Shown here in pieces: positions 30,043 to 38,254 of a stretch of DNA of 64,000 bases. The stretch comes from Candidatus Glassbacteria bacterium. GTDB taxonomy: Bacteria > Gemmatimonadota > Glassbacteria > GWA2-58-10. The translations under genes were made by a program, and so were the position numbers. Within the stretch, counting starts at the first letter, position 1. Every line of letters starts with the position of its first letter. The stretch is taken from positions 11,131 to 75,130 of the forward strand of contig VRUH01000004.1 of NCBI GenBank assembly GCA_019456185.1. The letters are read 5' to 3'. A model generated the notes under the pieces. The model searched no databases and was not told the origin of the DNA. It saw only the letters and a program-made list of their open reading frames with translations.

Positions 30043-30846
30043 ATGAATAGTAAAATAAATATAGCTTTAGTGGGACTTATTCTACTTTGCCTGGCGCCTT
30101 CTTTCTCCCCCGCACAGTACCAGGACACTGAGCGTCAGTGGGAAAAAATCTACGGCAACCGGCTGTTCGAGCTGATCGAGGAACGTCCGCTGGCCTGGCT
30201 CCCGTTCGGCGTACTCGAGCGCCACGGCGAACACCTTCCCTGGGGCCTGGACGGCGACAAGGCTCACCTGGTCTGTGTGCGGCTGGCCGGGAAAATGGGC
30301 GGAGTGGTGCTGCCTGCCAGCAACCTGGCCGGGGTTCACGGCGACCGCCGTCCTGACCAGGACGAGGAGCAGTTCCGCAGAACGCACCGTGAGGTCGGCG
30401 ATTTTCTTTTCAGCGAGGGTTTTCTGCACCGTTTCCTGCTCGAATCGTTCGATGGCCTGGCCAATCTGGGTTTCGCTGTGATTGTCGCCTACTCCGGCCA
30501 CTGGTCCTCCATTCAGGGTGAAATCCTTAAGGCCGCGGCGGAGGAATTTAATTCTACCGGCAAGGCCATTGTGATACCGTTCGGCGAGATCATGGCCTGC
30601 GGTGTGGTAGATCATGGAGCCAAATACGAGAGTTCGATGTGGGCCGCGCTGGTGCCCGGCGGCGTCAGGATGGATTCAATTGTGGACTACAGCACCGGCC
30701 GCAAGGACTGGTACCGGGGCAAGGAGATCGCCAGCCAGATCAGCGCCGAGTTCGGCGAAGAAGTGTTGAAAATGATCGAAGACTACATGGCCCGTGAGTT
30801 GGACAAGGCGTTCAGCAGCGTGGATAACGGCAGGGGAGAGGAATGA
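30043..30846 (+). CDS. Creatininase-family metal-dependent amidohydrolase (creatinine amidohydrolase / MftE-like) with predicted signal peptide
   Basis: LAWLPFGVLERHGEHLPWGLD matches the creatininase GxxExHGxHLPxxxD motif. Only the first ~30 nt of the N-terminal signal peptide MNSKINIALVGLILLCLAPSFSPAQ are AT-rich. Confidence 0.65.
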   Translation: MNSKINIALVGLILLCLAPSFSPAQYQDTERQWEKIYGNRLFELIEERPLAWLPFGVLERHGEHLPWGLDGDKAHLVCVRLAGKMGGVVLPASNLAGVHGDRRPDQDEEQFRRTHREVGDFLFSEGFLHRFLLESFDGLANLGFAVIVAYSGHWSSIQGEILKAAAEEFNSTGKAIVIPFGEIMACGVVDHGAKYESSMWAALVPGGVRMDSIVDYSTGRKDWYRGKEIASQISAEFGEEVLKMIEDYMARELDKAFSSVDNGRGEE

Positions 30847-31763
30847 GCGCTAAGAGGCTGATGTTATTCATCATCTGTTATGCTGTTACCGGTTGCGGCG
30901 AAATATCCAAACAAAAATCACCCGCCCCGCTAACGCTGCCGATCAAGCTGTTCACTCATCACGATACCTCGATGTCGATGCTCAACATGCTCTATGTCAG
31001 TTCGCCGTGGCAGGCCGGCGAGTACATGGCGCTGGATTTTCCAGAGCACAGTTGGGGGAAGAATTTCAGCGGTGTGAGCACTGACACCCGCGACGGCAAT
31101 CCGCACCCCAGCCGCTGGCAGTTCAACGCTGATTCAACCGAGGCCTGGTACGAGGTAACCGCCCGCGATGGAAACCTGTACCGTGCCTCGGCCAGCGTGG
31201 ACTCGATGGCTGTCCGGCTGGAAATGAAATTCACCAATCGTACCCAGCAGCCGATCAGCGATATCCGTATCCTGGTCTGCACCAGGCCGAACACCATGCG
31301 GGCATTCGCGGATACTTCGTTCGCCATGACCTGGGTGGCGGTAGATGGCAAACCGGTGCAGTTGGGCGAGGGCACGACGATGATCGGCGAAGTGCCCGAG
31401 GACCACGTGCGGCATGTGATGAATATTCGTGGAGGACCTGATAACCGCGATCTTGGCGATCTCGGCTGGTTCACCGCCTCCTGGGGCAAGCCGTTTTGCC
31501 GCCTGGCCGAGGAGCACGCCTGGCCGCCGGTTGTCGCCACCCACGCGCGCGGGGACATGACCCGTTGGCTGGGCACGATCTGGAACCCCTCGCGAGCCAT
31601 ATTCTCCAACCCGCGTATCCCGTGTATCCACTCTGACCCTGTGCCCGCGGACTGTCCCCCCGGTGAATCGACCGTGGCCCGGGGCGCGGTGTTTTTCCAC
31701 AACGGGACCATGGCTGGCCTTATCGAGCGCGCGGGCCAATGGAAGGATAGTCTGACGGAATAG
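30843..31763 (+). CDS. Lipoprotein of unknown function (novel family, paralog A)
   Basis: Lipobox VTGC. Conserved blocks shared with 32678-33637: HSPWQ, FPEH.WG, FNADSTEA, GGPDNR, WLATIW, VRGAVFFH. ATGA overlap with the upstream stop. Confidence 0.7.
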   Translation: MSAKRLMLFIICYAVTGCGEISKQKSPAPLTLPIKLFTHHDTSMSMLNMLYVSSPWQAGEYMALDFPEHSWGKNFSGVSTDTRDGNPHPSRWQFNADSTEAWYEVTARDGNLYRASASVDSMAVRLEMKFTNRTQQPISDIRILVCTRPNTMRAFADTSFAMTWVAVDGKPVQLGEGTTMIGEVPEDHVRHVMNIRGGPDNRDLGDLGWFTASWGKPFCRLAEEHAWPPVVATHARGDMTRWLGTIWNPSRAIFSNPRIPCIHSDPVPADCPPGESTVARGAVFFHNGTMAGLIERAGQWKDSLTE

Positions 31764-31783
31764 CTCCGACGAAAGGATTTGAG

Positions 31784-32665
31784 ATGGACAGGCGTGCTTT
31801 TATCACCAGTTGTGCCGCGGGAGCGTTGGCCGCCGGACAGTTGTATTCCGGCCCTGCCGCTGAAGCCGAAAAAGGCCTGGCGGTAAAATATCCGAACGAC
31901 AGAAATATCGAATCGGATCCCGACGTGCTGATGGTCGAGGGATTCGAGCGGGACGACTGGCGCGACAAGTGGCAGGAAATCAGCGGGAACAGCCGCAAAT
32001 ACGGCCTTATCGAAGCCGATCCGGAAAAAGTGCTGACCGGTGAGCACTGCCTGCGGCTGGATTTTGTCCCCGAGGCGGGCAAGGGCGCGGCCGGCTGGAT
32101 GCACCACTGGTGGGATGGCTCCGAGGTGGCCTACATGCGTTACTACTTCAGACTCAGTGCGGGTGGCAACTGGGGTAATCAGAAAATCATGCAGCTCCAC
32201 GGCCACCCCAGAGGTAAGCGCTACGGTACCGGTGCCGGCAACCGCCCCACCGGCTACGACTGGTTCTGTACGGGAACGGGGATCGGTGGGAAGGATGGCC
32301 CGCCCTGGAACAGGGTTATCCTCTACACCTACTACCCGCACCAGATTGGGCCCTACGGTGATAACGTGACGCCGAACCAGGGCTGGCAGCCCTCTGTGGA
32401 CGAGGAGCGCTGGACCTGCTATGAGTATATGATCAAGCTCAACGACGTGGGCAACTTCAATGGAGAGCAACGGCTGTGGATCGATGGCCGCCTGGCGATA
32501 GAACAAACCGGCATGGAGTGGCGTAAAAGCGAAGACATGGTGATCAACAACGTGATGCAACCCACCTACACCCACACTCCTCCCGCGGATGGACGCCGGC
32601 GCTCGCTGTGGCTCGATAATCTCGTGGTGGCTCGCTGCTATATCGGTCCGCTGAACAGGATTTAG
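31784..32665 (+). CDS. Tat-exported hypothetical protein (possible jelly-roll glycan-active enzyme; function unknown)
   Basis: Twin-arginine signal MDRRAFITSCAAGALAAG; aromatic-rich 293 aa; AAAGGA SD. Confidence 0.6.
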   Translation: MDRRAFITSCAAGALAAGQLYSGPAAEAEKGLAVKYPNDRNIESDPDVLMVEGFERDDWRDKWQEISGNSRKYGLIEADPEKVLTGEHCLRLDFVPEAGKGAAGWMHHWWDGSEVAYMRYYFRLSAGGNWGNQKIMQLHGHPRGKRYGTGAGNRPTGYDWFCTGTGIGGKDGPPWNRVILYTYYPHQIGPYGDNVTPNQGWQPSVDEERWTCYEYMIKLNDVGNFNGEQRLWIDGRLAIEQTGMEWRKSEDMVINNVMQPTYTHTPPADGRRRSLWLDNLVVARCYIGPLNRI

Positions 32666-32677
32666 ACCGGAGGTAAG

Positions 32678-33637
32678 ATGAATCGGGTAACGGCTTTAGC
32701 AATATTTCCAGTTGTCGCGCTGCTGGCTTGTTCCTCGGAGAGCATCCAGAGGCAAACCATACCGGACCCGGTGCCCGGTCTTTCAACCTTCACTGAGATG
32801 CGTACCGGCGGCGTGCGGGATATTTTTATCCACTCGCCGTGGCAGCCGGAAAAATCCCTGTCGCTTGGCTTCCCCGAGCACTGCTGGGGAGCCGGTTTGC
32901 CCAACACCAGTCACGACAGCCGGGAGCCGGTAGCCTCACCGTGGGGCTTCAACGCGGACTCCACGGAAGCCTCGTACGAAAACGTGCCGAAGCCTGATGT
33001 TGTTTACCGTGCCAGGGCATGGGCGGACTCGATGGCGGTCTGGTTGAGCGCGACGATAGTCAACCGCACCGACGAGCCGATCACCGATATCCGCTCATTG
33101 GTCTGCCTCAAGCCCGATTCGCACAAGGGCGCGCCGAAACGGCCCGATGCGATTGCCGGTTTCCGCGATACGAGTTTCAGCCGCACATGGATATTCGTGG
33201 ATGGCCGTCCCGTGCGGCTCGGCGAGGAGACCACCTATAACGGGGATATCCCCGACAGGGGCTGGGCCGAGCACGAAATCCGCAGCAAGATCAACTGGGG
33301 CGTGAATATCAAGGGCGGGCCGGACAACCGCACGATCCGGGATGTCGGCTGGTTCCGCGGCAACAGCCCTGGACGGATCGTGGAGGAGCTGGCCGAGCCG
33401 CCGCTGATCGCGGTCCGTGACGAGTTCCACGAGGACCGCTGGCTGGCCACGATTTGGCAGCCGGCGCGGGTGTTGTTCAGCAACCCGCAGAACCCCTGTT
33501 TCCACTCCGACCCCTCGTTCCCCGACTGCCCGGCCCGCGACTCAGTGACCGTGCGCGGCGCGGTGTTTTTCCACCAGGGTTCGCTGAAGGGCCTGCTGGC
33601 GCGGGTGGAAAACTGGCGGGCAAGTGTGCCGGAGTAA
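32678..33637 (+). CDS. Lipoprotein of unknown function (paralog B of 30843-31763)
   Basis: Lipobox LLAC; GGAGG SD; about 40% identity to paralog A across the full length. Confidence 0.7.
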   Translation: MNRVTALAIFPVVALLACSSESIQRQTIPDPVPGLSTFTEMRTGGVRDIFIHSPWQPEKSLSLGFPEHCWGAGLPNTSHDSREPVASPWGFNADSTEASYENVPKPDVVYRARAWADSMAVWLSATIVNRTDEPITDIRSLVCLKPDSHKGAPKRPDAIAGFRDTSFSRTWIFVDGRPVRLGEETTYNGDIPDRGWAEHEIRSKINWGVNIKGGPDNRTIRDVGWFRGNSPGRIVEELAEPPLIAVRDEFHEDRWLATIWQPARVLFSNPQNPCFHSDPSFPDCPARDSVTVRGAVFFHQGSLKGLLARVENWRASVPE

Positions 33638-33733
33638 ATAACTATAGCTGTTGTCAAAAGTCTTTCTTTTTGAAAAGGAAAGAAGACATTAAGAATGGTA
33701 CGGAAAAACTTCCATTGCTAAAGAAAATCGTAG

Positions 33734-33753
33734 GGGCGACACATGTGTCGCCC
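33734..33753. repeat. Perfect 20-bp palindrome GGGCGACACATGTGTCGCCC
   Basis: Sits between convergent genes; member of the GGGCGA-N8-TCGCCC palindrome family. Confidence 0.8.
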
Positions 33754-33783
33754 GTCAACCTGTGCACCTGCTGAATTCTTTGC

Positions 33784-33803
33784 GGGCGAGGCATGCCTCG
33801 CCC
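33784..33803. repeat. Perfect 20-bp palindrome GGGCGAGGCATGCCTCGCCC
   Basis: Lies 30 bp after the previous palindrome. Near-identical to the hairpin at 25656. Confidence 0.8.
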
Positions 33804-33955
33804 CTACAACGTTTGGTGTTAACGGGGGTGTAAGAATTCTCATTCTGTTGCATAAGAGGCCCGGACAAAACGAGGTTTTACCGGTGGCTGCGGACAAAAT
33901 CGGGTCAATATGCAGTGAGAAAATATGAGAAAAAACGAGTGGAAAATGAAAACCT

Positions 33956-34480
33956 CTAAACACTATATGTTGTGGTTTGAGAAATACGTCCGACCGCGCC
34001 CTTGGCAGTATTATAGGGCTTTTGCTTGTATCCTTTTACAGCCTCAATACAGACCTTAACCACAATATTTCGGAATTGCGTAAGTGTTATATTCACAGTC
34101 ACATCAGGATCAATATTTTGCATAGACATTTTCCCGTCGGAGAAGAAAAACTGCCAATATTTACCTTCATGTACAACATCGCATCTGACATCGTACAAGA
34201 AGTCAATTATTTCTCTGAGAGTCAAAGGTTTTTGATTAGGATTAATAATATTGTGCCTGAATCCGTTTTTTAGGTATTCTCGTTCCTGTTGTGGGACAAT
34301 TTCCTCAAAAAACTTTCGTGTGTAAATCCTCGATTTTCCTTCCTTATTGAAGTTATGGTAAAGCTTCGAAATGTTTTCTGCGCATATCAGCAAGAAAAGC
34401 AATTGAAGGGATTCGCGGTCGGGCTTAATTCGGGGCAAATCGTCTGCCAAGGATATGAGCCTTTGCGCTTGATGCATCAT
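33956..34480 (-). CDS. Hypothetical small protein with an Rx4H (HEPN-like) motif in an AT-rich islet; possible Abi-like RNase
   Basis: About 35-38% GC. LYDVRCDVVHEGKYW carries R-x4-H. Start uncertain: ATG 34480 or TTG 34516. No homolog recognised. Confidence 0.45.
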   Translation of the reverse strand: MMHQAQRLISLADDLPRIKPDRESLQLLFLLICAENISKLYHNFNKEGKSRIYTRKFFEEIVPQQEREYLKNGFRHNIINPNQKPLTLREIIDFLYDVRCDVVHEGKYWQFFFSDGKMSMQNIDPDVTVNITLTQFRNIVVKVCIEAVKGYKQKPYNTAKGAVGRISQTTTYSV

Positions 34481-34743
34481 TATTGTAGCTTCATGTTTTT
34501 GATCATTTGGGCCCAAACTCTCTAAGCTTTCAACGAACTGCCTCGCATCTTCAAGTCTATTAAAAAAAAGGAGAATAAAAGTCTAGCCACTCATTCATGG
34601 CCTCAACTCCTGTTTAGAGAATACAGCAAAAAGTTATCATAAAGATATGTCTAAGTTATACAGCGAAATAATACAGGTAAATTCAATAGATATTTTGATC
34701 ATGCTGATGAATCTCTCTCGCCATTAGAGGGTTATATATTACA

Positions 34744-34775
34744 ACAAAGGGACACGGCATGCCGTGTCCCTTTGT
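34744..34775. terminator. 32-bp perfect palindrome AACAAAGGGACACGGCATGCCGTGTCCCTTTGTT (bidirectional intrinsic terminator)
   Basis: GC stem flanked by AAA/TTT on both arms; 36 nt after the stop of the 34811-36232 gene. Confidence 0.6.
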
Positions 34776-34810
34776 GTTTAAAGAATAATTTTGTTGCTAA
34801 TACAGATCTA

Positions 34811-36232
34811 TCATCTTTCCAGTTCGGGTATTTTCACATCGTAGCGCGAGGCCTGCATCAGCACGTGGCGCGTATCGCTCAGCGGCCAGGGCCACGGGCA
34901 AGATGGCAGGTAGTTGAGGTCCACTTCCACCATCGCCACGCCGGGCCGCTCGGTGGCCTCGGCCAGCAGGGCGCCCCACGGGCCGTAGATCCTGCTCTCC
35001 ACGTCGTAGCCGCAGCTTGCCACGTAGACATGGTTCTCTATCGCCCGCGCGGCGATCAGGGTGTTGTTGCCGCCCCAGATCGGCAGCAGGATAATCTCCG
35101 CGCCGGCGGCGGCAAGCGCGCGCGCCGGATCGACAAACCAGCTGTCCCAGCAGATCATGATCCCAACGCGGCCGAAATCAGTCTCCCAGACCGGGTAACT
35201 GTCGCCGGCGCTGCAGCCCTGGTCGTACTCTCCCTCGGGCAGATGGACCTTGCGGTACTTGCCCTTAACTTCGCCGTCGCGCCCGATCAGCACGGCGGTG
35301 TTGTAAATCACCGCTCCCTCACGCTCGCCCAGCGCCGCCACGATATACATCCCGTGCTCTCTGGCCACTTTACTAAGGGCCTCGGTGGTCGGGCCGGGAA
35401 TCGGCTCGGCGACATGCTGGTATTTGCTGGCGCCTCCACCGGGCCGGCCCACGCCGATCAGGTTGATTCCCTCGCCGAGACAGACGATATCCGCACCCTG
35501 AGCACCTGCTTTATCCGCCACGGCGCAGAACTCGGCGACTGTTTCGGCCACCGATGAGTTCCCGCCGGGACGGCAGTTGACAGTTGCCAGTTGCACCACG
35601 CGATGCGGCGGCGGCCGGACCTCGATCAACTGGATATTGTCCCACCAGACACGGCCCTGGGGCGCCTGGCTGATAAACAGCTCAAGTGCCACGCTGCGCG
35701 CCGATTCGGGGGCCTGGAACGTGTGCTCCACGAACCGCCACTCTCCATCGGTGATCCCATTCTGCGGCGGGTATTCACGCGTATTGCCGATCTTCCCGCC
35801 CTGCGCGTTGCGCCACTCCAGGCGGGCGAACACCCGGTGGTGAGTCTGCCGGATACCCGTCGAGGCGAAAGCGGCGGAGAAAGTGTAAAACGCTCCGCCC
35901 TCGATTCCCTCGACCACCTTGCGCCAGCAGCCGCGGGCTGAGCTGTTGGAGGCGCCGTAGAGGCTGAGACTGCCCCGGCCGGTCATGCTTTTGTTCAGGT
36001 CGACACTGAACTCCGGGCTGATCTCCTGGCGCTGGCAGGCTGTTTCCCACCCAGCGCCGGAGGAATCGAACGTGTCCTGGCTCAGCAGGGTTTTCCCATC
36101 GTGAGAGTGACCCGGCAGCGGCAGGGCCAGCAGCGCCAGCAGGATCAGGGTTGGATGGATCAGGGCCGCTTCCACGGTGCGCCCGGGTGCAGCCGTGAGG
36201 GTTGATTCCTGCTTACCGGTAAGTCTGGTCAT
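34811..36232 (-). CDS. Secreted carbon-nitrogen hydrolase (nitrilase superfamily) with about 200-aa N-terminal beta-sandwich-like extension
   Basis: C-terminal 270 aa show the C-N hydrolase fold with catalytic Cys in GIMICWDSWF, plus E and K. The N-terminal signal peptide and Trp-rich domain (RVWWDNIQL) are unusual for this family. Confidence 0.7.
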   Translation of the reverse strand: MTRLTGKQESTLTAAPGRTVEAALIHPTLILLALLALPLPGHSHDGKTLLSQDTFDSSGAGWETACQRQEISPEFSVDLNKSMTGRGSLSLYGASNSSARGCWRKVVEGIEGGAFYTFSAAFASTGIRQTHHRVFARLEWRNAQGGKIGNTREYPPQNGITDGEWRFVEHTFQAPESARSVALELFISQAPQGRVWWDNIQLIEVRPPPHRVVQLATVNCRPGGNSSVAETVAEFCAVADKAGAQGADIVCLGEGINLIGVGRPGGGASKYQHVAEPIPGPTTEALSKVAREHGMYIVAALGEREGAVIYNTAVLIGRDGEVKGKYRKVHLPEGEYDQGCSAGDSYPVWETDFGRVGIMICWDSWFVDPARALAAAGAEIILLPIWGGNNTLIAARAIENHVYVASCGYDVESRIYGPWGALLAEATERPGVAMVEVDLNYLPSCPWPWPLSDTRHVLMQASRYDVKIPELER

Positions 36233-36389
36233 CCTGGTCTCCTCCAGGCAGAGATTTTCAGTTTCCGAAATGTTTTTGGCAGGCCGGGCGGAAAAATTGA
36301 AACCATCCGGCTGGCTGGCGTGTCATATATAACAGAAGCAACAAGTTATTTCACGGTCTCGGAAAAATTCACGGGTAAGGGAGGGCGCA

Positions 36390-36485
36390 ATGAGCAAGCG
36401 CGAGCTTTTCAACATGGTCTGGCACACTGCGGTTGTGATCACCATATATTTCGGACTGGTTTACATGCCAGTCGGCATGGCTTGA
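36390..36485 (+). CDS. Small hydrophobic protein, 31 aa (MSKRELFNMVWHTAVVITIYFGLVYMPVGMA)
   Basis: GGGAGGG SD 7 nt upstream; TATATA -10-like element about 45 nt upstream; followed immediately by an intrinsic terminator. Plus-strand gene inside a minus-strand block. Too short for the ORF track. Confidence 0.4.
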   Translation: MSKRELFNMVWHTAVVITIYFGLVYMPVGMA

Positions 36486-36504
36486 CAGCAGCGTATGTCG
36501 GATC

Positions 36505-36541
36505 GGCCGCACTCTGACAATTGGAGTGGCGGCCTTTTTTT
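36505..36541 (+). terminator. Intrinsic terminator GGCCGCACTC-tgacaattg-GAGTGGCGGCC followed by TTTTTTT
   Basis: 10-bp stem with one bulge followed by 7 Ts, 20 nt after the stop of the 31-aa ORF. Confidence 0.65.
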
Positions 36542-36542
36542 G

Positions 36543-37193
36543 TCAATTTCCGTTCAGAACTTTTATCCTGATATTGCGGAAATCGACCCCGGTCTGGTGG
36601 TTCTGCACGCCGATATGGCCGCTGCGGGGCCGCTGTGCAAGGGGAGTCAAACCGCCCTGGCCCACCGTGTACTCGTCCATGTTCGCCCGTGTAACCTCCG
36701 TTCCGTTCAGCTCGATCACCACCAGGGGACCGTCGCAGGTGATCCGGAAATGGTTCCATTCTCCCGGAGAGTTGGCCGCACCCTGCCTGGCAGCCACCTG
36801 GTAATAAATACTCCCCGTCTGCTGTGCCGGCTTGATGTCGCGGTGTTTTTCAGCCTCGTCGTCAAGCACCTGGATCTCCATCCCGGTCTGCGAGACATGG
36901 CTTTCGGGCGGAAACCTCAGGCCGACCCCGCTGTTGCCCTCCGGCGGGATTTTCCAGTCCAGTTCGAGAATAAAATCGGCGTAGGTCTCGTCTGTGGCCA
37001 GCCAGCCGCCTCCCCCGCCCACGCAGCGCAGAACTCCGTCCTCGGCTTTCCAGGCGGCGATATCGCCGCCATCGGCGTGCCAGCCCTCCAGGGTGCGGCC
37101 ATCGAAGAGCGGTACGAAACCATCTCCGCCGCAGCCGTTAAGAGTCAAACTCAATAAGACAGCTACCACCGCCAGCAGGACTCCGTTTCTCAT
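36543..37193 (-). CDS. DUF1080 (3-keto-disaccharide-hydrolase-type jelly-roll) lipoprotein
   Basis: Lipobox LNGC; FDGRTLEGW...GNSGVGLRF...EIQVLDD...NGTEV...GHIGVQNHQTGVDFRNIRIK is the canonical DUF1080 pattern. Confidence 0.8.
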   Translation of the reverse strand: MRNGVLLAVVAVLLSLTLNGCGGDGFVPLFDGRTLEGWHADGGDIAAWKAEDGVLRCVGGGGGWLATDETYADFILELDWKIPPEGNSGVGLRFPPESHVSQTGMEIQVLDDEAEKHRDIKPAQQTGSIYYQVAARQGAANSPGEWNHFRITCDGPLVVIELNGTEVTRANMDEYTVGQGGLTPLAQRPRSGHIGVQNHQTGVDFRNIRIKVLNGN

Positions 37194-37220
37194 TGGTCCC
37201 CCGCAAGATGTACGGTTCGA

Positions 37221-38087
37221 TTACTCGAAAGCGCCGGCTTTTTTGAGCATGTTGGCCAGGTCCTTGCAGTGGCTGTGCTGGGTAATCATCAGCGCGGTCT
37301 GGCCGCCGGCGTTCTTTTCCTGAAGGTCGATACCGAGGTCGAACAGCATGTTGAAAATGCCGATATAACCGGCTTTTCGGTATGTCCAGAGCGCCCCTTC
37401 CGCGGCGTGCATCAATGCGTTGTGGCCGGAGTTATCGCGGAGTTTTTGGTTGGCTCCGGCCTCAAGGAGCAGCTCGAAAGTTTTTTTGAGCCCGCGGAAC
37501 GCTGCGGCCATCAGCGGGGTGCGGCCCCTGTCGCTTGCAGCGTTGACATCGGCCCCGGCCTCGATCAGCGCCCTGAGCACGGGCAGGCGGTTTTTTTCCT
37601 GGAGAGTGCCGCCGCCGCTGCGCACCTGGGCTATCACCGCCGTGCGGCCCTTGCTGTCAGGGGCTTTGACGTCAGCCCCGGCCTCCAGTAGAATTTTCAC
37701 GCGCGAAACTGTTTTGGACCTGCCGATCGAGGCCATCCGGGTGGCCCAGACAGTTGCCAGGATCAACGGGGTATTGCCGCGTTTATCGGCTGCGTTGACG
37801 TTCGCCCCGGCCGCTACAAGCGCTTCCATCACCGGAGCCTGTCCGTGTCTCGACGCGGCCATCAGCGCGGTCTCTCCGTCCGTGGCCGGGGCATTTGCCG
37901 CCGCTCCCGAGTGCAGCAACAGTTTGATCGCGGAAAGCTGGCCCAGGCCGGCCGCGATAACAAGCGGGGTCAAACCCTGCTTATCGGGCTCATCGAGATT
38001 TACTTTGTCCGCCAGGGAGCGGACCTTATTCATCTCAGCCTGCTTGATCGCTTTTATCAGGCGTGTATGCCTATTGTCGAATATCAT
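37221..38087 (-). CDS. Ankyrin-repeat protein
   Basis: At least 6 ANK repeats (G.TPL..AA..G....V..LL..GA..N). Confidence 0.8.
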   Translation of the reverse strand: MIFDNRHTRLIKAIKQAEMNKVRSLADKVNLDEPDKQGLTPLVIAAGLGQLSAIKLLLHSGAAANAPATDGETALMAASRHGQAPVMEALVAAGANVNAADKRGNTPLILATVWATRMASIGRSKTVSRVKILLEAGADVKAPDSKGRTAVIAQVRSGGGTLQEKNRLPVLRALIEAGADVNAASDRGRTPLMAAAFRGLKKTFELLLEAGANQKLRDNSGHNALMHAAEGALWTYRKAGYIGIFNMLFDLGIDLQEKNAGGQTALMITQHSHCKDLANMLKKAGAFE

Positions 38088-38254
38088 GCCGGTTATCCGC
38101 TGAAGTTATATTCGTCCGCCGCAGGACCAAGTTTAGCACTCGCAGGCCCGCGCGGTCAAGTGCCAGCCGTATTCAGTAGCGATTCGCGGGAGAGACGGAT
38201 CGAGGGATGGATCTCAACTGATCGGCGCAGCGGACGGTGAAAAGGGGCGCGAAA

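Noticed and set aside
29018-34740. Classical mobile element (IS, prophage or integron) underlying the two low-GC islets
   Set aside because: No transposase, integrase, recombinase, tRNA target, terminal inverted repeats or target-site duplications could be found. The flanking palindromes are symmetric hairpins, not IS ends. The regions are reported instead as compositionally foreign islets.
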